Source: an uncultured Actinomycetes bacterium (GTDB lineage: Bacteria > Actinomycetota > Thermoleophilia > Solirubrobacterales > Solirubrobacteraceae). From it: a DNA stretch of 64,000 bases. The notes under the pieces are model-generated. The model saw only the letters and a program-made list of their open reading frames with translations. It was not told where the DNA came from and made no database searches. The position numbers and the translations under genes were made by a program. The DNA lies in the NCBI GenBank assembly GCA_963725645.1, contig CAVRZD010000002.1:145510-209509 (forward strand), written 5' to 3'. This document shows, piece after piece, positions 18,850 to 30,984 of the stretch (position 1 is the stretch's first letter; each line of letters starts with the position of its first letter).

Positions 18850-21010
18850 ATGAGCCGCCGACAGCGACAGAAGCGCCGCAAGCAGCGCAATGGTGGATTC
18901 CGCAAGGGCTTCTTGGTCGCCCTGAGCGTCGGGATCGTGGCCGGGTTCCTGGGCGTCCTCGGCGTGGTCGGCTACATCATCGGCGTCGCCGCCTCCGCGC
19001 CCTCGATCGACTCGCTCAAGCCGATCGACCACGGGCAGACGTCGGTCGTCTACGCCGCCGACGGCAGACGCCTCGGCTTCATCACCTCCGACGAGCTGCG
19101 CACGCCCGTGCAGACCTCCGTCATCCCCACCATCCTCAAGCAGGCCACCGTCGCGATCGAGGACCAGCGCTTCTACCAGCACAAGGGCGTCGACTACGAG
19201 GGCATCCTGCGCGCCGGCCTGAAGAACCTCGAGTCCGGCTCGACCGTGCAGGGCGGCTCGACGATCACGATGCAGCTGGTGCGCAACCTGTACACCGGCG
19301 ACCGCAACCGGAACTTCCAGCGCAAGATCCGCGAGGCCAAGCTCGCCGAGGAGCTCGAACGCGAGCACAACAAGACCTGGATCCTCACCAACTACCTCAA
19401 CAACGTCTCCTACGGCACCGTCGGCGGATCGACGGCGGTCGGCGTCGCCGCCGCCGCGCGAGTCTTCTTCGACAAGCCGGTCAGTCAGCTCAACCTCGTC
19501 GAATCGGCGACGTTGGCCGGGCTGCCGCAGGCGCCGTCGCTCTACAACCCCTTCCGCGATCCGCGGGTCGCGATCAAGCGCCGCAACAACGTGCTCAGCA
19601 AGATGGCGTCGCTGCACATGATCTCCCAGCAGCAGGCCGCCGACGCCAAGCGCCAGCCGCTGGGCGTGCGCCAGAACACGTACTACTCCGCCAAGCGCGA
19701 GAACTACTTCTTCGACTACGTCAAGGAGCAGCTGATCGAGCGCTACGGCGTCACCACCGTGCGGAAGGGCGGCCTGAAGGTCTACACGACCATCGACCTC
19801 AAGCTCCAGAGCGAGGCGCGCAACGCGATGGAGGGCGTGCTCAACGAGTCCGGCGACCCGTCCTCGGCGATCGTGTCGATCGATCCGCGCAACGGCTACA
19901 TCCGCGCGATGGCCTCGACGGGCTCCTACGGGGCCAACAAGTTCAACTACGCCGCGCAGGGCCACCGCCAGCCGGGCTCGACGGCCAAGATCTGGGTGCT
20001 GATGACCGCGCTGCGCAAGGGCATCGACCCCAACTCCACGACCTACAACTCCCACCCGCTCGACCTCAACACGGCCTACGGACCGTGGAAGGTCAGCACC
20101 TACTCGCACAGCTACGGCGGGAACATGAACCTCGTCCAGGCCACGCTCCAGTCCGACAACACCGTCTTTGCCCAGCTCGACCTCGACGTGGGGCCCGACG
20201 CGGTGCGCCAGACCGCGTATGACATGGGGGTCACGACCAAGCTCGACGGCTATCCCGCCGAGGGCCTTGGCGGCCTGTCGCTCGGCGTCTCGCCGCTGGA
20301 GATGGCCAACGCCTACGCCACGATCGCCGACGGCGGCTACCGCAACAAGCCGATCGCGATTCGCAAGGTCGTCTTCCCCGACGGCAAGTCCGAGGACCTC
20401 GGCCGAGCCCAAGCGCAAGAAGATGTTCTCCGACGCGGTCACCTACGAGGCGACGAAGATCCTCGAGCAGAACATGCAGTCCGGCACCGCGACGCGCGCC
20501 GCGATCAGCTGTCCCGCGGCGGCCAAGACCGGCACGACCGACGACTTCACCGACGCGTGGCTGGACGGCTTCACGCCGCACCTGTCGACGTCGGTGTGGG
20601 TGGGCTATCCCAACTCGAAGGTCCCGATGCTCGACGTGCACGGGATACAGGTGAACGGCGGGAGCCTGCCGTCCCAGATCTGGCACGACTACATGTCGGT
20701 GGCCGTTGGCAACGACTGCGCCGACTTCCCGCAGCCCACGGAGTCCTTCAACGCCCAGCCGTTCTACGGGTCCTACGCCGCCACGGGCGGGCGCGGGTCC
20801 GGCAGCCAGTACGACTACGGCGGTGGTGGTGGCGGCGGCACCTCGAACGGCCGCGGGAACGGGAACGGCGGCGGTGGCGGCACCGGCGGCGGCAACAACC
20901 CCGGCGGCGGTGGCGGCGGCTACAACAACCCGAACCTGTACGAGTCGCCACCGCAGCCCGCGCCACGCGTGCAGTCGCCCAGCAGGGGCACCGGCGGCAC
21001 CGGCCAGTAG
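18850..21010 (+). pseudogene. class A penicillin-binding protein (PBP1A-type transglycosylase/transpeptidase), frame broken near 20400
   Basis: GT51 motifs are EDQRFYQHKG and GGSTITMQL. Transpeptidase motifs are STAK and SDN. After DGKSEDLG the KTGTTDD motif and the Gly/Asn-rich tail continue in ORF 20168..21010. Length mod 3 = 1. Confidence 0.85.
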
Positions 21011-21074
21011 CCGACGCGCTCAACCGTAGCTCCACCCCTACCGCGAAGCGGTACTAACGGCCCACCCGGGCGGA

Positions 21075-21227
21075 GGGTCTGCTGTTTGCAGACCCGGAGC
21101 CCGGAGGGCGGAGGGTGGCGAAGCCACCCGGTCACATTCGCCGGGGCAGGCGAAGGCTCGTTGTCTACGAGCCGGAGCCAGCGCGGCCAGGTCGAAGCGA
21201 AGGAGGGTGGCGAAGCCACCCGGTCAC
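21075..21227 (+). repeat. hairpin-rich duplicated leader upstream of infA, containing an exact 26-nt direct repeat
   Basis: GGAGGGTGGCGAAGCCACCCGGTCAC occurs at 21110-21135 and 21202-21227. Each copy holds the palindrome GGGTGGC-GAA-GCCACCC. Two further hairpins (21075-21095, 21155-21173) are each followed by GGAGCC. Confidence 0.7.
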
Positions 21228-21251
21228 CAAACCCTCGGCTACGCTTAGGCC

Positions 21252-21470
21252 GTGGCAAAGGAAGAAAAGGTCGAGTTCGAGGGCGAGGTCATCGAGGCCC
21301 TGCCCAACGCGATGTTTCGCGTCAAGCTCGACAACGACCACGTGGTGCTCGGGCACGTCGCGGGCAAGATGCGGCGCTTTCGCATCCGCATCCTCCCCGG
21401 TGACCGCGTGCGGGTCGAGCTGTCCCCGTACGACCTCGACCGCGCGCGGATCGTCTACCGGCATCGCTAG
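21252..21470 (+). CDS. infA: translation initiation factor IF-1
   Basis: 72 aa, GTG start. [72 protein letters not shown] is near-canonical IF-1. Confidence 0.97.
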   Translation: MAKEEKVEFEGEVIEALPNAMFRVKLDNDHVVLGHVAGKMRRFRIRILPGDRVRVELSPYDLDRARIVYRHR

Positions 21471-21485
21471 ACGCGCCGGATCGCG

Positions 21486-22442
21486 GTGCGTGAGCTCGAG
21501 CTGATCGCCGCGCTGGAGGCGGCGCTCGGGCCTCCTCCCGAACGCGTCGTGCGCTGGCTCGGTGACGACGCCGCGGTGGTGCGGGCGGGCGGCGCCCTCG
21601 CCGTCACCTCGGTGGACGCGATGGTCGACGGCGTGCACTTCCGCCTCGGCGAGGTCTCCTGGGCGGACGCCGGCCACCGCGCGCTCGCCGCCGCGCTGTC
21701 GGACCTCGCCGCGATGGGCGTGACGCCGGGTGAGGCCCACCTCGCGGTCGCGCTCCCCGACGGCGCCGTGCTCGAGGACGCGCTTGCTCTGCACGCCGCC
21801 GCCGCCGCGTTGGCGGAGGAGACGGGCACGGTCCTCGCCGGCGGCGACGTCACCCGCGGACCGGCCCTCAGCATCGCCGCGTTCGTGGTCGGATGGGCCG
21901 ACAGCGAGGGCGAGGTGATCGGCCGCGACGGCGCGCGACCGGGCGACCTGCTCGGTGTGACCGGCGCCCTCGGCGGCTCCGGGGCGGGCCTGGCCGTGCT
22001 CGAGCGCCGCGCCGAGGGCCCGGCCGCCCTGGTCGACCGCTACCGCCGGCCGCGCCCCCGCCTGACCGAGGGACGGGCGCTGGCGGGCGCGGGCGTGCGG
22101 GCCATGATCGATCTCTCCGACGGGCTGGCCACCGACGCCGGGCATCTCGCCCGGCGCAGCGGCGTCGACCTCGAGATCGACCTCGAGGCGGTGCCGGTCG
22201 CCGACGGCGTCGACGCGGTGGCACGGGCGCTCGGAGAGGATCCCCGCCGGCTCGCGGCCACCGCGGGGGAGGACTACGAGCTGTGCTTCTGCGCCGCACC
22301 CGAGGCGCGTGCGGCCGTCGAGCGCGCGGCCGCCGTCTCCTGGGTCGGCGTGGCGGTGGATTCGCGCTCCGGCGAGGGTGCGGCGCGCTTCCGCGCCGCC
22401 GGGCGCGAGCTGGCGCTACGCGGCTTCGAGCACGTCCTCTGA
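21486..22442 (+). CDS. thiL: thiamine-monophosphate kinase
   Basis: LGDDAAVV...[13 protein letters not shown]...[15 protein letters not shown] is the AIR synthase-like N-domain typical of ThiL. 318 aa, intact. Confidence 0.85.
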   Translation: MRELELIAALEAALGPPPERVVRWLGDDAAVVRAGGALAVTSVDAMVDGVHFRLGEVSWADAGHRALAAALSDLAAMGVTPGEAHLAVALPDGAVLEDALALHAAAAALAEETGTVLAGGDVTRGPALSIAAFVVGWADSEGEVIGRDGARPGDLLGVTGALGGSGAGLAVLERRAEGPAALVDRYRRPRPRLTEGRALAGAGVRAMIDLSDGLATDAGHLARRSGVDLEIDLEAVPVADGVDAVARALGEDPRRLAATAGEDYELCFCAAPEARAAVERAAAVSWVGVAVDSRSGEGAARFRAAGRELALRGFEHVL

Positions 22443-22625
22443 CCGCTCGGACGGATCGCCGTCGGCGTCCGCCTCGACGGCCAGCGCCGCAGCGGGAATG
22501 ATCAGCATCCGCGCGATCGGCCGCCCGAGGATGGCCTCGGCGACCCGGTCCACGTCGACGTGGTACTGCGCGCGGTCGATCCGCTCTCTGAGGGTGGTGA
22601 TGCGCAGGGCTCGTTGGTCCGACAT
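22416..22625 (-). CDS. small protein, weakly FlgM (anti-sigma-28)-like
   Basis: ATG preceded by GGGAGG 8 nt upstream. [24 protein letters not shown] resembles the FlgM C-terminal helix motif. The last 27 nt overlap the thiL 3' end on the opposite strand. Confidence 0.4.
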   Translation of the reverse strand: MSDQRALRITTLRERIDRAQYHVDVDRVAEAILGRPIARMLIIPAAALAVEADADGDPSERSEDVLEAA

Positions 22626-22794
22626 TGGGTGTGCCTCCCGGCTTCCGATCAGTCGCGGCGACCGTTCAGCACGGTGCTTTCCGTCGCCACGTCATCGGCA
22701 CGAACCGTATCGGCCCGACGCGAGATTCCCCTATAGGGTCGCCGCCCCATTTGGACGAGCTGTGACCGCCGGGACTCCCCGTTTTGCGGGAATT

Positions 22795-23493
22795 TCATGC
22801 CCCGGGAACCCTCGCCGCGCCGCGCGCCTGCACGTCGACTTGGCGCGCGAACACCACGATGCGCTGGGCGGCGCTGTAGAGCGGGTGGCAGGCGGTGAGC
22901 ACCAGGCGGTCGTGGCCGACCGGCTTGATCACCGAGTACTCCGACGGCGAGACGATCCGTGTCTTCTCGACCGAGTACGTGAAGCGGCCATAGGGCATCT
23001 CCAGCTGGATCACGTTCCCCTTGTGCAGGTCGTTGATGTGGCGGAACGGGGCCAGGTAGGTGGTCCGGTGCCCGGCGATCGCGACCGTTCCCGGCAGGCC
23101 CGGGAACGGCGTGTCGGGGTAGTGGCCTGGGCCCTTCTGGAGGCTCGACCCGTCGGTGCCCTGGACGACGACGAAGGAGATCCCGATCTGCTTGATCCGG
23201 ATGCGCCCGATCGCGTCCCCGGGCTTCGCCCGTCGCCGCTGCGCCCGGGCCAGGAACGCGATTCGGCGCCGCTCGGTGCGCAGACGGGCGAGCGCGCGCA
23301 GCTGCAGCTCCGTCGGCTGCGCATGCTCGAGCGCGCGCAGGTCGTCGCCGAGCCGGTTCTGGGTCAGCCGGGCGTAGATCGCCGAGACCGGCTCCTGCCA
23401 GGCCAGCGTGATGCCGGCGTCGGCGATCAGCAGCACGCCGGCGACGATCAGGATCGTCGAGAGGGCCCGCAATGCCCGTCGCATGGGGTCCAA
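22795..23493 (-). CDS. sortase (class E-like)
   Basis: N-terminal TM anchor. Motifs are GTVAIAGHRTTY and LVLTACHP (TLxTC), with a downstream conserved Arg (RIVVFAR). Confidence 0.85.
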   Translation of the reverse strand: MDPMRRALRALSTILIVAGVLLIADAGITLAWQEPVSAIYARLTQNRLGDDLRALEHAQPTELQLRALARLRTERRRIAFLARAQRRRAKPGDAIGRIRIKQIGISFVVVQGTDGSSLQKGPGHYPDTPFPGLPGTVAIAGHRTTYLAPFRHINDLHKGNVIQLEMPYGRFTYSVEKTRIVSPSEYSVIKPVGHDRLVLTACHPLYSAAQRIVVFARQVDVQARGAARVPGA

Positions 23494-23499
23494 GTATGA

Positions 23500-25273
23500 C
23501 TACCGGCGCAGCGCCGACTCGGTGCCGCCCAGAGAGCCGGGCCCCGCGTAGCTGGCCGGGCCGCGCGTGCGCGGAGCGTCGCCCCCGGGCGACCGGCGCG
23601 AGCGTGCGTACAGGATGGCGAGCACGTCCCCGAGCAGGCCCAGGGCGAGGCACCACGCGAGCACCCCGGGCACGCCGACCCCGCCGCCCACGACGAGCAG
23701 GAGCGCGGTCCAGGGAATCTCCGCGAGCGACAGCCCGAACTGGACGGCGTAGTAGACGGTCAGCAGCGCGAAGGGCGCCAATGCCAGCGCCAGGGCCAGC
23801 ACCTGGAGTCCCCGCCGCAGGTGCACCTCGGGCGCCAGCAGCAGGAGCGCGAGGTGCAGCGCGGGGAGCAGCAGCGCCGCGGCGAACGGATTCACGGCCC
23901 ACACGGCAACGCTCAACACGGCGAGCACGAGCAGCACGGCGGCGCCCGCGCCCGGCGAGTCGGGCGCGGCGCGCGCGTGCGCGATCCGCACGACGAGGGG
24001 CCGCAGCGCCAACCACCCGACCACGACCACCAGCGCCACGGCGACCATCGCGGCGGCGCCCGCGGCGTCGAGCGGGATGGCCCCGGGCGGCAGCGGCGCG
24101 GCCGTCGCGACGGGCAGCAGGCCGGTGAGCTCGAGGAAGAGCGAGAACAGCCAGCGCGACGACGAAGGGGACAGCCCCGGCAAGCGTCCAGGCCAGCCAG
24201 CGGGCGACCGGCTCGCGGCGGCGGCGGACGCGTGCGAAGCCGTCGACGGCGGCGACGAGTGCCGGCAGGATGAGCGCGCCGACGACCAGGCGGATCGCCC
24301 AGCCGGGGACCAGCTTGCGGCTGAAGAACAGCTCGGCCTGGGGGCCGGGGATCGGCTCGGCACGTCCGTCGAGCGCCGAGATCGAGCGCAGCGCCGCCCG
24401 GCCCATCTCCTGCAGGCGGTCCTCCGAGACGGCCTGCGCCGCGCCCGGTCCGGCTTCACCCGCCACGCTCATGAGCACCGCGGGCAGGCCCTGCGCCGCC
24501 ACCTCGCCCTGCTCGGAGAGGGTCAGCGGCGCCGCCAGGCGCGCGAACTGGTTCCCCACGCCGGCCTGCGGGACCCGCCGCCCGGTCTCGAGCGCCAGCG
24601 CCTGCGCAACCGTGCGCTGGAGGCCCAGCGGGGCGATGCCCAACCCGTTGGACCACGGGACGATCAACGGCCCTCGCACGCGCGGCGACGCGAGGTCCCC
24701 CAGCACGACCACGGCGTCGACCGGGCCGCCCGGCGCGCGGGCCCACGCGGCCGCGCCGGCGTTTCCGCCGCTGCCGCCGCTCGTCGACACGAGGACGAGC
24801 GTCTTGCGCAGCGTGCGTCCCGTGAACAGCCGCGCCAGCTCGGCCAGCGCGGCGGTCCCGGACAGGTCGGCCGTCGCGGGCGAATACAGCGAGTCCCGGT
24901 GGGCGAGCACGACGATGCGGCGGTTCGAGACGCCCGCGCGCACCCCGATCACGTCCTGCATGCGGCGGTGACCGACCGCGGTGTTGGCCGAGAAGCGCCG
25001 AATGATCGTCTGCATTCCGGCGGTGCGAAACGTGCTCACGATCCGAGCCGCCACACCGCTGTCGCCGGGACTCCCGGGCCGGCGCCGCGGAAACGCTTCG
25101 GCGAGCGGCCGCAGGCCGGTGCCCGGGCCGGCGAACGCGCGAGCGCCGACGAACGCGTCCGGCGCGAGGCTCGAGCCCGAGCCGCGCGGCGGCTCCTGCA
25201 GCGAGAAAGCGGCGACGATCAGCGCGAACGCTGCGGGGACGAACGCCGCGCGGTACACCCGCGGGTCGAGCAT
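23500..25273 (-). pseudogene. membrane protein with N-terminal M28-type peptidase domain, frame broken near 24150
   Basis: MLDPRVYRAAF...VVLAHRDS...GTAALAELARLF is M28-like. After ...AGAVPFVVALAV the polytopic C-terminus (FSLFLELTGLLPV...AILYARSRR) continues in ORF 23500..24459. Length mod 3 = 1. Confidence 0.7.
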
Positions 25274-25396
25274 GGGCTGGAATCTATGGGCTCGGGCGCG
25301 GCGGGTGAGCCACCGTGCGCCGCTCCGACAGCGCCCTTGCACGGTTTAGGTCTTGCACAGGCGTATCCCTAAGCTTCGGTCCGGGTCAAGAACGAC

Positions 25397-26111
<715 letters not shown>

Positions 26112-26127
26112 ATGCCGGGGACGCAGG

Positions 26128-27534
26128 ATGCCGGGGCCGCGCTCGATCCAGTACCGGCTCACGCTGCTGATCTTCGCGATCACGCTGACGGCGTTCGCCG
26201 GGATCTACGTCTACGTCGTCCCGCAGCTGGAGACCAACCTCCGCGAGCAGAAGTTGCGCGACCTGGCCGACTCGCGCCCGCCAGTACTCGGGTGACCTCG
26301 TGCGCGCGATCGGCTCGCGGGTGGACGAGAGCCAGGTCACCCAGGCGGTGCGCCGGGCCGCCGACCGCTCCAACGTGCGCGTCACGCTGCTCGGCGTCTC
26401 GCGCGGGACGCAGGGGACGCAGACCTACGCGATCTCGGACTCCACCAACGAGGCCAACGTCGACCGCTTCGCCTTCCAGGTGGCCGAGGACGCCGCGCGC
26501 TCGGGGCGGACCACGACCGGGTCGGAGGCCACCGGCAGCGGGCGGCTCGGCGAAGCCGCGCGACCGCTGTTCTACAACGGCAGGGTGGCGCGGGTGGTCG
26601 TCTTCTCGACGCCGCTCAACGACGTCGAGACGCAACGTCGCGCTGATCCGGCGCCAGATTGCGCTCGCCGGCGCGATCGCGCTGGCTGTTCGCGCTCCTG
26701 GCCGGCTTCTTCGTGGCGCGCGCGCTGTCGCGCCGGATCAAGCGCCTCGAGCAGGCGGCCGAGAAGGTGGCGGCCGGCGACTTCTCGCAGTCGATCCCGC
26801 CGGACTCCGACGACGAGCTCGGCCAGCTCGCCAAGGCCTTCAACGACATGCAGCGCCAGCTCGCGCAGCTCGACACGGCGCGCAAGCGCTTCATCGCGAC
26901 GGCGTCCCACGAGCTGCGCACGCCGATCTTCTCGCTGGGCGGCTTCGTCGAGCTGCTCCAGGACGAGGAGCTCGACGAGGAGACGCGCCAGCAGTTCCTG
27001 GACCAGATCCGCGAGCAGATCGAGCGCCTGCAGAAGCTCGCCGTCCGAGCTGCTGGACCTGTCGAAGCTCGAGGCCGGCTCGCTGGAGCTGCGCCCGGAG
27101 CCGACCGACGTCGGCGAGCTCGCCCGAACCGTCGCGACGGAGTTCACCCCGGCGCTCGCGCAGCACGACTCGCACCTCGAGCTGCGCCTGCCGCGGAGTC
27201 CGATCGAGGCGGAGCTGCGATCCGGAGCGCGTGGCCCAGATCGTGCGAATCCTGATCGACAACGCGCTGACCCATACGCCGCACGGCACCGACGTGTTCG
27301 TCAGCGCCACGCAGGCCAACGGACACCTGCGCCTCGCGGTGCGCGACCACGGGCCGGGCATCCAGCGCGACATGCTGCCTCGCATCTTCGAGCCGTTCGT
27401 ACACCACCGACGACGCGCAGGGCTCCGGCCTCGGGCTCGCGATCGCGCGCGAGCTGGCCGAGCGCATGGACGGGCGGCTCGCCGTCGACTCCATGCCGGG
27501 GCGCACGTGTTCACGCTTCGAGCTCCCGGCGTGA
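26128..27534 (+). pseudogene. sensor histidine kinase (HAMP-HisKA-HATPase), six frame breaks
   Basis: TM1 is LTLLIFAITLTAFAGIYVYV, HAMP has DELGQLAKAFNDM, the H-box is FIATASHELRTP, the N-box is IDNALTHTP, and the G-boxes are DHGPGI and GSGLGLAIAREL. Segments alternate between frames at about 26285, 26632, 26690, 27040, 27225 and 27397. Confidence 0.8.
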
Positions 27535-28730
27535 CACGGACTCGCGCCACCCTGGCGGCCGCGCTGCTGCCGCTGGCCCTGGCCGGATGCGGCGGCTCGA
27601 GCGGCAAGGGCGACTCGTCGACGGCGGCGAGGCCAGAGCAGGCCGGCGTCCACGACGCGCGTCGAGGTGCTCAAGGCGCTCCCCGGGGGCGGCTTCGACC
27701 CGCAGGCGATCTACCGACGCTACGCGCCCGGCGTCGTCACCGTGATCAGCGAGTTCGCCGGCGGCGGCAGCGCGAACCCCCTCGCGCCGCAGGGTGCCCG
27801 GGCCGGGCTCGGCTCGGGCTTCGTGGTGTCCCCCAAGGGCGAGATCGCCACCAACGCCCATGTCGTGACCAGCGGCGAGGGCTCGAGCATCCGCCGCGCC
27901 CGCCACGTGTACGTCCAGTTCGCGGACGCACAACCAGGTGGCCGCGACGATCGTCGGCCGCCGACCCGAACTCCGACGTCGCGCTCATCCGCGTCGACCC
28001 CGCCGGCCTCACCCTGCGCCCGCTCCCGCTCGGCTCCAGCGCCGCCCTCGTCGTCGGCGCGCCGGTGCGCGCGATCGGCAGCCCGTTCGGCGAACCGCAG
28101 TCGCTGTCGGTCGGCGTCGTCTCGGGACTGGACCGCACGATCGACTCGCTGACCAACTTCCAGATCTCCGGCGCGATCCAGACCGACGCCGCCATCAACG
28201 GCGGCAACTCCGGTGGGCCGCTCGTCGACGCGCGGGGCGCGGTGATCGGGATCAACTCGCAGATCCAGTCGACCAGCGGCGGCGGCGAGGGCGTCGGCTT
28301 CGCCGTGCCGATCGACACGGTCAAGCGCTCGCTCGACGAGCTGCGCCGCGACGGCAAGGTGTCCTACGCCTACCTCGGCGTCTCCACCGTCGCCGTGTTC
28401 CCGCAGCTCGCGCGGCGCTTCGGGCTCCCCGTCACCCGGGCGGCTGGGTGCAGGAGGTCGACGCGCGGCGGGCCCGCGGCCGACGCGGGGATACGCGGCG
28501 GCGACAGCACGACGCGCTTCCAGGTTCGCCAGTACCGGACCGGGGGCGACGTGGTCGTCAAGGCCGGCGGGCGGCCCCTGCGGGCCGAGGACGACCTGGG
28601 CAGGATCATCGCCGGCTACCGGGCCGGCCAGACGATCGAGCTCGAGGTCTACCGCGACGGCCGTCGGCGCACCGTGCAGGTGAAGCTCGGCGAGCGCCCG
28701 CTGACACGCCCGCAGATCTCGGCCCCGTGA
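27531..28730 (+). pseudogene. HtrA/DegP-family serine protease lipoprotein with PDZ domain, five frame breaks
   Basis: The GTG overlaps the kinase TGA. The lipobox is LALAGC. The catalytic triad context is TNAHVV, DVALIRV and GNSGGPL. The PDZ tail is GDVVVKAGGRPL. Breaks lie at about 27655, 27925, 27960, 28437 and 28465. Confidence 0.8.
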
Positions 28731-29681
28731 GCCTCGACAGCGAGCGTGCGCTCGTCGCCGAGCTGGCGTCCGCTCTGCGCGAGCGCGTGCGCCCCGCCCT
28801 GGGCTCCCACGCCGGCCGGGCGCATGCGGGCGAGTCGGACGGCGCCGCCGGCGCGGGTGGCGACGTGACGTTCGCCATCGACGCCGACGCCGAGGCCCTG
28901 CTGGAGGCCTTCGTCGCCGAGCACGCGCCCGCCACGGCCTTCTACTCCGAGGACCGCGGGCTGGTGGCGCCGGCATCCGGCCGCGCCGAGCAGGTCCTCG
29001 TCGTCGATCCGATCGACGGCACCCGTCCGGCGCTGGCCGGCTTCGAGGCCGCATGCGTGTCGGTCGCGCGTCGCGCCGGCGGAACCCGAGCCGACGATGG
29101 GCGACGTGCTGGTCGGTTGCGTGATGGAGATCAAGTCCGGCGAGCGCTTCCTCGCCGTGCGCGGCGAGGGACTCGACGCCACGGTGCCGGTCCGCCTCAG
29201 CGGCGCGACCGAGCTGGACCGCCTGTTCTGGACCTACGGGTTCCGCGGCCGGCCGGCCCGCCCGACCGTCGAGGTGCTCGGCGATCTGATCGACCGCTCG
29301 TCGGTGGGCGGCGCGACGTTCGACCTGGGCTCGGCCACGTACGACATGACGCGCGTGCTCACCGGCCAGCTCGATGCCTACCTCGAGCCCGGCCCGCGCC
29401 TGATCGACGACGTGCCGGGCATGCGCGAGGAGTTCGAGCGCGTCGGCGGCGGCCACGTGCTGAACAACTCGCCGTACGACCTCGCGGCCGCCGCCCTGTG
29501 CGCGTGCGAGGCGGGCGCGATCGTCACCGACGCCGCCGGCAGGACCCTCGACGACCGGCCGCTGTTGGGCGGCGGCGTCGACTTCCAGATGTCGGTGGTC
29601 TGCAGCTCGAACCCGACGCTGCACGAGCGCCTGATCGCCGAGATCGACCGTGGCATCGAGCGCCTCCGCGCCGCGCGCTAA
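28727..29681 (+). pseudogene. inositol monophosphatase/FBPase-family phosphatase, frame broken near 29070
   Basis: The GTG overlaps the HtrA TGA. Motifs are FYSEDRG, VVDPIDGT and a C-terminal DLAAAALCACEAGAIVTD. The second half lies in ORF 29097..29681. Confidence 0.7.
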
Positions 29682-29717
29682 GGTGGCGGCGCTCGCGCCC
29701 TGACGCCGAGGTCATCT

Positions 29718-30949
29718 TTGCTCCAGACCGTCTCCGTCGGTCACAAGACCCTGTCGGACTACACCCACATCGTCGGGTGGCCGCTGATCGACGAGATTCG
29801 CAAGCTGGCCGAGCCGTTGCGAGGGCGTCGCATCCTGCACTTATCGGCCACCGCGTTCGGCGGCGGTGTCTCGGAGATCCTCTACACGCTCGTCCCGCTG
29901 ATGCGGGACGTCGGGCTCGACGCCGAGTGGCAGGTCATCTACGGCCGCGAGGAGTTCTTCAACGCGACCAAGCTGATGCACAACGCGCTCCAGGGCAACC
30001 CCCAGGACCTCTCCGAGAATGACTGGCAGATCTGGGAGCAGTACAACGAGATGAACGCCCGCGAGCTGACCGAGGGTTGGGACTTCGTGCATCGTCCACG
30101 ACCCGCAGCCCGCGGCGATGCATTCGCTCGTCGCGCGAGAAGGCCAGCTCCTGGGTCTGGCGCTGCCACATCGACCTGTCGGCCCCCAACCCGAAGACGA
30201 TCGAGCGCCTCCAGCCCTACCTCGAGAGCTACCCGGCGTCGCTGTTCCACATGAAGTCCTACGTCCCGGAGGGGATGGACGGACAGGTGCACATCGTGCC
30301 GCCGGCGATCGATCCGCTCGCGCCGAAGAACATGGCGCTGTCGCCCGAGGACGCCGCCTACGTGTGCAACCAGGTCGGGATCGACGTCGACCGCCCGCTG
30401 ATCTGCCAGGTGTCGCGCTTCGACCCCTGGAAGGACCCGCTCGGAGTGATCGACGCCTACCGGGTCGTCAAGGAGGAGTTCCCCGACGTCCAGCTCGCGC
30501 TGGTGGGCTCGATGGCGACCGACGACCCCGAGGGCTGGGACTTCTTCAACGAGACCGTCGCGCATGCCGAGGGCGATCCCGACGTGCACATCCTCAACAA
30601 CTTCAACAACGTCGGCGCGATCGAGGTCAACGCCTTCCAGTCCCACGCCGACGTGCTCATGCAGAAGAGCACGCGCGAGGGGTTCGGCCTGACCGTCTCC
30701 GAGGCGATCTGGAAGGCCCGGCCGATGATCGCCGGGGACGTCGGCGGCATCCCGCTGCAGGTCAAGGACGGCGAGTCCGGCTTCCTCGTGTCGACCGTCG
30801 AGGAGGCTGCGCGGCGCGCATTGGAGATCCTCCGGGACCCGGGGCTGGGCAAGGAGCTCGGGCGCAACGGCAAGGAGTACGTGCGGACGCACTTCCTGAT
30901 GCCGCGCCTCCTGCGCGACTGGATGCGGATCTTCCTCCAGGCGGGATAG
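29718..30949 (+). pseudogene. treT: trehalose synthase TreT-type GT4 glycosyltransferase, two frame breaks (about 30090 and 30135)
   Basis: LHLSATAFGGGVSEILYTLVPLMRDVGLDAEWQVI and FFNATKLMHNALQG match the TreT N-domain. VHDPQPAAM then WVWRCHIDLS lie in other frames. The GT4 C-domain has STREGFGLTVSEAIWKARPMIAGDVGGIP. Confidence 0.75.
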
Positions 30950-30984
30950 GCGTCGGTCCGGCGAGCGGGGGTAAGCTCATCCAC

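Noticed and set aside
20790-20960. Gly/Asn-rich repeat at the PBP1A C-terminus as a possible separate feature
   Set aside because: It is a low-complexity tail continuous with the PBP reading frame. GGC/GGT runs alone give no evidence of an independent element.
21110-21227. CRISPR-like repeat
   Set aside because: There are only two copies of a 26-mer with a 66-nt spacer. No further repeats and no cas genes are present. It is better explained as a leader or REP-type structure.
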